The notes under the pieces: generated by a model
Seen by the model: only the letters and a program-made list of their open reading frames with translations
Databases searched by the model: none
Told to the model about the DNA's origin: nothing
DNA from: Planctomycetota bacterium
Lineage (GTDB): Bacteria > Planctomycetota > UBA8108 > SXIK01
Assembly (NCBI GenBank): GCA_965223845.1
Contig: CBDCXR010000004.1
Span: forward strand, 3,264,001 to 3,328,000
DNA: 64,000 nt
Direction of reading: 5' to 3'
Translations under genes and position numbers: made by a program
Shown: one piece after another, positions 57,635 to 64,000 of the stretch
Position numbering within the stretch: the stretch's first letter is position 1
Layout of the letters: every line of letters begins with the position of its first letter

Positions 57635-60151
57635 TTATTCTTCCCCTTCCGCCGCTACCGCCGCTTCAGCATCCACCGTTTCGTCTTCCTCCGGCTCCTC
57701 GATCTTCTGCGCATCGAAGATGAGTCGATCTTCCGCAGCGTCGATCCGCATGATCGCCTTTCCGGTCAATCCGCCGCGGAGCAACTCTTCGGCGAGCGGA
57801 TCCTCGAGTTGCTGCTCGATCGCTCGGCGAAGCGGCCGCGCGCCGTATTCCGGGTTGTAGCCCTTCTCGATGAGGAAGTCGCGAGCGGCGTCGGCAAGCT
57901 GGAGCTCGAGGCCCTGGGCACGCATCCGATCGGCGACGTGGCTGAGCTCGATGTCGATGATCTCGCGCAGGTCGTCGCGATCGAGACTCTGAAACACGAT
58001 GATCTCGTCGAGCCGGTTGAGGAACTCGGGACGGAAGTTCTTTTCGACTTCCTCGAGGAGCTCCTTCTTCATCTCTTCGTAGGTGCGGTCGGCCGACGTC
58101 TTCTTGAAGCCGAGGCTCGCCTGATTCTTGATCACGCTCGCGCCGATGTTCGACGTCATGATCAGAATCGTATTCCGAAAGTCGATGTGCCGTCCGAAGC
58201 TGTCGGTGAGCTGACCCTCCTCCATGATCTGGAGGAGCATATTGAAGACGTCGTGGTGCGCCTTCTCGATCTCATCGAAGAGGATGACGGCGTAGGGTCG
58301 CCGCCGGACCTTCTCGGTGAGTTGTCCGCCCTCCTCGAAGCCGACGTATCCGGGAGGAGCTCCGACGAGGCGGGACACGTTGTGCTTCTCCATGTACTCG
58401 GACATGTCGATTTGGATCAACGCCTCGTCCTCGCCGAACATGAACTTGGCGAGAGCCTTCGCGAGAAGCGTCTTTCCGACACCGGTCGGGCCGAGGAAGA
58501 TGAACGAGCCGACCGGGCGGCGCGGATCCTTGAGTCCGGAACGTGAACGCCGCACGGCGCGCGAGATCGCTTCGATCGCCGGCCTCTGCGCGACGACGCT
58601 TTTCCCGATCTCGCCTTCCATCGCGAGGAGGCGCTCCGATTCGGCGCGCTCGAGGCGCGTGAGCGGGATGCCGGTCATCTTCGAGAGCGTCTCCGCGACC
58701 ATCTCCTCGTCGACGACTCCGCCGCTCTCCGAGGACTGATCACGCCACTCCCGCTTGATCTGCTCTTTCTTCTTCTTGACCTTGTCCGCCTGGTCACGAA
58801 GATTCGCCGCGCGCTCGAAATCCTGAAGCGCAACCGCGGCTTCCTTCTCCTTGTTGAGTTCCTCGATCTCGCGCTCGAGGTCCTTGAGGTCGGGCGGACG
58901 AGTCATCGTGCGCATGCGAACGCGCGATCCAGCTTCGTCGATGACATCGATGGCCTTGTCGGGGAGGAAGCGACCGGAGACGTAGCGCGTCGACAGCTCG
59001 ACGGCGGCCTCGAGCGCGTCGTCGGTGATCTGGACGCGGTGATGCGCCTCGTACTTGTCGCGCAGCCCCTTCAGAATCTCGACCGCCTCCGACTTCGAAG
59101 GCGGATTGACCATGATCACCTGGAAGCGGCGCTCGAGCGCACCGTCCTTCTCGATGAACTTGCGGTACTCATCGAGCGTCGTCGCGCCGATGCACTGCAC
59201 TTCGCCCCGCGAGAGCGCCGGCTTGAGAACGTTCGAGGCGTCGATCGCCCCTTCTGCGCCACCGGCCCCGACGAGCGTGTGAAGCTCGTCGATAAAGAGA
59301 ATGACGTTCTTCACGCGGCGAACTTCCGTCATCACCGCCTTGATTCGTTCCTCGAACTGGCCGCGATACTTCGTTCCCGCGACCATCATCGCGAGATCGA
59401 GAACGACGAGCCGCCGGTCGCGAAGGATCTCCGGGACATTGCCGTTCACGATGTCCTGCGCGAGGCCTTCGACGATCGCAGTCTTCCCGACTCCCGGCTC
59501 GCCGAGGAGAACGGGGTTGTTCTTCGTACGGCGACTGAGAATCTGGATCACGCGCTCGATCTCGTCGTGCCGGCCGATGACCGGATCGAGCTTGCTTTCA
59601 CGGGCGAGCTCGGTGAGGTCGCGACCGAATGCGTCGAGCGCGGGTGTCTTCGATCGGCTCTTCGGCTGCGACGACGACGAAACCGATGCGTCCGACTGCA
59701 TCGAAGACTCGGCACCGAGAAGATCGAGCACCGCTTCACGGACGTCCTCGAGCTTCAAGTTGAGGTCGAGCAGAACCTGCGCCGCGACGCCGTCGTTCTC
59801 GCGGATGAGCCCGAGGAGAAGGTGCTCCGTCCCGATGTAGTTGTGGCCGAGCTCGTGGGCCTCTTCCATCGAGAGCTCGAGAACCTTCTTCGCGCGCGGA
59901 GTGAACGGGAGCTGTCCCATCGTGACCATCGACGGCCCCGATTGGACGTTCTTCTCGATCTCGCGACGGATTTTCTCCGTCTCGACGCCCAGATTCTTGA
60001 GAACGTTCGCCGCGACACCACTCCCCTCTTGAATCAGGCCGAGCAGGACGTGCTCGGTCCCGATGAAATCGTGGTTGAACCGCTGCGCCTCCTTGCGCGC
60101 GAGTGCCATGACTCGGCGGGCGCGGTCCGTGAAGCGGTCGAACATCGACAT
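57635..60151 (-). CDS. clpC: ATP-dependent Clp protease ATPase ClpC
   Basis: Clp N repeats; GEPGVGKT; UVR domain; GPTGVGKT; FRPEFLNR; GARPLRR. Confidence 0.97.
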   Translation of the reverse strand: MSMFDRFTDRARRVMALARKEAQRFNHDFIGTEHVLLGLIQEGSGVAANVLKNLGVETEKIRREIEKNVQSGPSMVTMGQLPFTPRAKKVLELSMEEAHELGHNYIGTEHLLLGLIRENDGVAAQVLLDLNLKLEDVREAVLDLLGAESSMQSDASVSSSSQPKSRSKTPALDAFGRDLTELARESKLDPVIGRHDEIERVIQILSRRTKNNPVLLGEPGVGKTAIVEGLAQDIVNGNVPEILRDRRLVVLDLAMMVAGTKYRGQFEERIKAVMTEVRRVKNVILFIDELHTLVGAGGAEGAIDASNVLKPALSRGEVQCIGATTLDEYRKFIEKDGALERRFQVIMVNPPSKSEAVEILKGLRDKYEAHHRVQITDDALEAAVELSTRYVSGRFLPDKAIDVIDEAGSRVRMRTMTRPPDLKDLEREIEELNKEKEAAVALQDFERAANLRDQADKVKKKKEQIKREWRDQSSESGGVVDEEMVAETLSKMTGIPLTRLERAESERLLAMEGEIGKSVVAQRPAIEAISRAVRRSRSGLKDPRRPVGSFIFLGPTGVGKTLLAKALAKFMFGEDEALIQIDMSEYMEKHNVSRLVGAPPGYVGFEEGGQLTEKVRRRPYAVILFDEIEKAHHDVFNMLLQIMEEGQLTDSFGRHIDFRNTILIMTSNIGASVIKNQASLGFKKTSADRTYEEMKKELLEEVEKNFRPEFLNRLDEIIVFQSLDRDDLREIIDIELSHVADRMRAQGLELQLADAARDFLIEKGYNPEYGARPLRRAIEQQLEDPLAEELLRGGLTGKAIMRIDAAEDRLIFDAQKIEEPEEDETVDAEAAVAAEGEE

Positions 60152-60598
60152 CGTTCGTTCCTTCCGTTCCCAGAAGACTCGGTCAGAAGCTCTCGCTCCG
60201 GCCTCGTCGGAGTGATCGATTCAGTGATTCGTCGCGGTGGATGCGTCACGGCGCGAAGGCCTCGCCGTGGAGCGCGCCGGCTCGGGGAATCCAGCCGCTG
60301 GAGTATTCTATCTGCCTTTGGCGCCGATGCCGGCCGCTCGCCGAGAGGGAAGTTCCAGACAAGGGTCGGCAAGGACGCCGAGGAGCACGTCCTACCTCGT
60401 ACTTTTCGGTAGTTCCCGCCGGATTCCTTAGTCCGGAGTCGGACGCGTTCGCCGCCAATTCTGAGACGGTTCCGACTCTTTGCAAGTGAATTCAGCGTGG
60501 GTGCTTAACTCGCGTCTTCGACACCCGCGCGCAGCCGGAATCTCGGCTCTCGCCTCCGGCGGCAGGTTCTGCCCGGGGTCGGCGGAGGCGACGCGGGG

Positions 60599-61714
60599 TC
60601 AGGCCGAGTTTTCCTCGTGGTTCCGGTCCGAGCTCGAGTCCGGATCGGAACCGTTCGTCCCGTTCCGGCCGTCGAGGCGGTTGCGGATGAACGTCGCGCG
60701 CATGATGTCGCGCTCCGGCCCGTTCAGCTCGGATCGCTCGAGCTTCTGGAGGTGAGCGGGCTGCGTGAGGATGAAGAGCTCGTTCACCGTCGAAATCGGA
60801 ACGTCGTCGATGATTTCGAGATTGACGCCCATGCGCACCGCGGAGAGGAGGTCCATCGTCTCCTCGGAGTTGATCGTTCGCGCCTTTTGGAGCGTCCCGT
60901 AGGCGCGCCACACCTTGTCTTCGATCACCTCGCGATTCTGCTCGACGAGCTGGGTGCGGACCTGCTTCTCGAACTCGATGATCTTCGGAATCACGAGCTC
61001 GATGTTCTCGATGAGCTCGAGCTCGCTCTTCCCGAGCGTCTGCTGGTTCGAAATCTGATAGAAGTCCCCCGACGCCTGCGTCCCCTCACCGTAGAGGCCC
61101 CGGACAGCGAGATTGATCTTCGAGACCGCCTGAAAGACTTTCTCGATCTGGCGCGTCATGACGAGCGCGGGAAGGTGAAGCATCACCGAGGCGCGCATCC
61201 CGGTGCCGACGTTCGTCGGGCACACCGAGAGGTAGCCGAACTGAGGATGGAACGCGTAGTCGAGATTCTTCTCGAGCACGGTGTCCGCCTCGTCGACCTC
61301 CTCCCAGGTCGCGCGGAGCTGGAATCCGGAGCGCAGCCCCTGAATGCGGAGGTGATCCTCCTCATTCACCATGATGCTGATCGTCTGCCCGCCACCGAGC
61401 CCGACGCCGCGGGGCCCCTTGCCGAAGGCGTGCTCTCGACTGATCAGGTGTCGTTCGACGAGAAACAGTCGGTCGACCGGCGACAGCGGCGGAAGACTGA
61501 CGTACTTGAGTTCGGTGTTCGAGCCCGAGTCGAGGATGCACTGGCGGATGCGGCGCTCGATCTCGCCGCGCTCCTTGGGCGTCGCGCGCGAGAGGAATGG
61601 ATAGTCCGCGAGGTTTCGCGCGAGCCGGATGCGCGAGCTGATCACGATCTCCGACTCCGGCCCGGTTCCACCGAGCCAATCGCCGACATCGATCGGAATC
61701 TCGTTCAGATCCAT
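60599..61714 (-). CDS. mcsB: Protein arginine kinase McsB
   Basis: SSRIRLARN; LVERHLIS; NEEDHLR; CPTNVGTG; VRGLYGEG; QISNQ. Confidence 0.95.
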   Translation of the reverse strand: MDLNEIPIDVGDWLGGTGPESEIVISSRIRLARNLADYPFLSRATPKERGEIERRIRQCILDSGSNTELKYVSLPPLSPVDRLFLVERHLISREHAFGKGPRGVGLGGGQTISIMVNEEDHLRIQGLRSGFQLRATWEEVDEADTVLEKNLDYAFHPQFGYLSVCPTNVGTGMRASVMLHLPALVMTRQIEKVFQAVSKINLAVRGLYGEGTQASGDFYQISNQQTLGKSELELIENIELVIPKIIEFEKQVRTQLVEQNREVIEDKVWRAYGTLQKARTINSEETMDLLSAVRMGVNLEIIDDVPISTVNELFILTQPAHLQKLERSELNGPERDIMRATFIRNRLDGRNGTNGSDPDSSSDRNHEENSA

Positions 61715-61718
61715 CGCG

Positions 61719-62231
61719 TTACGCCTTCCGACCCTCGAGCTCGTAGATGCGATCGCGGATCTCCGCGGCCTTTTCGTACTGCTCATCTTGAATGGCCCGA
61801 TCGAGATCGGCGCGGAGCGCCCGCAGCTCTCGCTGGCGCTCGATCTGATCGTTCGCGCGGAGCGGCACTTTGCCGGTGTGTTGAACCCGGCTGTGGATCT
61901 TCTCGAGGAGGTTCACGAGGCCCTTCTTGAACACCGTGTAGTCCATCGGACAGCCGAACTTTCCGGTGGAGCGAAATCGCCGGTACGTCGTCCCGCAGCG
62001 CGGGCAGGCGAGGCCCTGCTCGTCCGGATGGCCTTCCGTCTGCGACTGAACAAGCTGAGTCAAGAACTGCGGAAAGACGTCCTGGGAAGCCGGCTTGTGG
62101 AGATAACTCTTGATCGTGACCTGCTTTTCCTGCGCACAGGATTCGCAGAGGTGCACTTCGCGCTTCTCGTTGTTCGAGACGTCCGTGAGGTGCACGGTGG
62201 CCTCACCTTCGCCGCAAGCCTCACACTTCAC
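61719..62231 (-). CDS. mcsA: McsA (CxxC motifs + UVR domain)
   Basis: MKCEAC; HLCESCA; CPRCG; HTGKVP; EQYEKAAEIRDRI. Confidence 0.93.
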   Translation of the reverse strand: MKCEACGEGEATVHLTDVSNNEKREVHLCESCAQEKQVTIKSYLHKPASQDVFPQFLTQLVQSQTEGHPDEQGLACPRCGTTYRRFRSTGKFGCPMDYTVFKKGLVNLLEKIHSRVQHTGKVPLRANDQIERQRELRALRADLDRAIQDEQYEKAAEIRDRIYELEGRKA

Positions 62232-62708
62232 GTCGATCAGCCTCTTCTTTGCGAATCGATTTCCTGTTCCGGCGGACTCGATCGCCACCGGGGATCGGCG
62301 GATTCCGATCCCGCCGATTTCGATCGACGCCGAGCGGACGCGGGAAGACGGGGAGCCTTCCGCGGCGCCGCGCACCCTATCTATCGGGCGGAGGACCGGG
62401 GAAGGTGAATCGCCAAGACGACGGCGCGTCCGGGCGTCGATCTTCCGACAATCCGAGAGGCCCGACGACGACGCGGATCGAGCCGCAGCGTCTCCCGCGC
62501 GCACTCGGAGTCACGCTTGACTGCCGGAGGCCGACGACTCGGGGAATCTCGTCAGTCGAGGTCAGCGGATCGGCGCAATGGAACACGACAAAAACTCCCC
62601 GCGCGGTGGCCTGATTGTACCCTCTTGACACATCGACCGCCGTAGCAAAAGCTCCTTCGCGCCTCCGATCGGGAAGGAGTGTCAACCTCGCTCGATGCCG
62701 ACGCGATC

Positions 62709-63503
62709 ATGCGACTGGACGATCACCGCCGCCGCCCGCGCGGATCGAAAGCGGGCGGACCGACGTGCCTCTCGGTGTTTCTCAAGGCGCCGGAACCGGG
62801 CGCCGTGAAGACTCGGCTCGCGCGGTCGATCGGGACTCGACTCGCCGCCGAGCTCTACCGCGCGTTCGTCCGGGACACGCTCGCGTGGACGGCGGCGTTG
62901 CCGTCGGTTTCGCGTCGCCTCGAGTTCGCTCCAAGCGACGCCGGCTCGCAGTGCGCCGCTCTCCTCCCCGCCCGCTCCGGCGCGTTCGACCTCTGCCCGC
63001 AGACGGACGGCGATCTCGGTCGCCGGCTGAGTTCGGCGACCGAGCAAATGTTTGCGGCCGGTCACCGGCGCTGCGTGATCATCGGCACGGACTGTCCTCT
63101 CCTCGGCCCCGAGACGGTCGAGCGGGCGTTCGAGCGACTCCGCTCGCGCGACCTCGTGCTCTCCCCGACGCTCGACGGCGGCTACGCGCTCGTCGGACTG
63201 CGTCGATTCGAGCCGGCGGTGTTTCGCCGGATCGACTGGAGCACCTCGCGCGTTCTCGATCAGACGATCTCCCGCGCCCGGTCAGCGGGTCTCGGCGTCG
63301 AGCTCCTCGCCCCCGAAAGAGACATCGACACCGCGAGCGACCTCGCGCCGCTCCACAGCGCTCTCGTCGCGGCGTGGCGAGCCGGTCGGGACCCGTTTCC
63401 GACCCGGACCCTGCGGGTCCTCGAATGGGAGCTCGCGCGCTGGACGTCCGCGTCCGGGGCCGGCCCGCGGCGGGCGGCCGGCGGCGATGGACGCTCGGCT
63501 TGA
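62709..63503 (+). CDS. TIGR04282/DUF2064 family (CofC-like fold) transferase
   Basis: KAPEPGAVKTRL; Q..GDLG.R; IGTDCP; DGGYALVG; IDWST; DIDT..DL. Start uncertain (62679 or 62709). Confidence 0.88.
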   Translation: MRLDDHRRRPRGSKAGGPTCLSVFLKAPEPGAVKTRLARSIGTRLAAELYRAFVRDTLAWTAALPSVSRRLEFAPSDAGSQCAALLPARSGAFDLCPQTDGDLGRRLSSATEQMFAAGHRRCVIIGTDCPLLGPETVERAFERLRSRDLVLSPTLDGGYALVGLRRFEPAVFRRIDWSTSRVLDQTISRARSAGLGVELLAPERDIDTASDLAPLHSALVAAWRAGRDPFPTRTLRVLEWELARWTSASGAGPRRAAGGDGRSA

Positions 63504-64000
63504 CATCCAGCGGGCGCGCCCTACGATCTGTGAGTTTCCCACCGCGCGGCGGCCACGGCCCGAACCGCGTCGCGATCGTCCCGTCGGCCCGGCGGAGCCG
63601 GTAGCGGCGGCGAGTTGGAGGGCTTCACGCCCCGCGGGAAATGCTTTCCGAGCCGATGCTTACGGGCTTGCGCTCGGGGGGATGTCGTCTAATATGTAGC
63701 GTACTCGTGACGGAGCCGGTCGGGACTGGGCGTATCCACCCCTGACTCCGCCCCGGGATCTTTCCCAAGTTTTTATCTTTCAATTACTTGGGGGCGGGCT
63801 GCCCGACAGCACGCGGCCAGCTCAGCGAGCTGGGAGATGACTCCCCCGCCGCGTCGGCCAGCCCGAACACGGTCCTGACGAAAAACCTTGACGATACGTT
63901 CAGACGCTTCCCCGAATCGGACCGAGACTTCGCGTCGCGTCGACGCTTGAGGTCGAGTCCGCGGGCGAAATCGGACGTTGGTCCGGGAGCGCTTCCTCTC

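Noticed and set aside
62550-62567. CtsR box upstream of mcsA (GTCA repeated at a 10-nt period)
   Set aside because: Poor match to RGTCAAA-NAN-RGTCAAA and no ctsR in the operon.
63681-63710. dif site
   Set aside because: Left arm is vaguely XerC-like but there is no TTATGTTAA-type XerD arm.

Overview
High-GC bacterial DNA. The gene content (four DUF1501 genes, two DUF1549/DUF1553 genes, DUF1080, a dockerin-like Ca-binding protein, an ECF sigma factor paired with a Ser/Thr kinase, mcsA-mcsB-clpC with no ctsR) points to a Planctomycetota genome; this is an inference. The first ~37 kb is accessory: exported redox and beta-propeller proteins plus signalling modules. From ~40 kb it is mostly housekeeping: smpB, tRNA-Leu(CAG), gnd, tRNA-Val(CAC), aroB, lpxB, folC, clpC/mcsB/mcsA. 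The strongest unexplained signal is a lower-GC, partly translationally coupled array of four genes just downstream of smpB (37137-40177). Together they encode five diverged copies of one unannotated module: CxxC..CxxC, two TM helices and a C-terminal AREF..N motif. Other leads are a kinase-NTPase-TPR-sigma54 activator next to a dockerin/cohesin gene with a candidate -24/-12 promoter and palindromic UAS; an ECF sigma factor with a kinase ending in an extracytoplasmic thioredoxin; a family of intergenic 9-bp-periodic repeats; and two apparent 1-nt frameshifts in regulator genes. All family calls are by motif recognition only; no searches were run.
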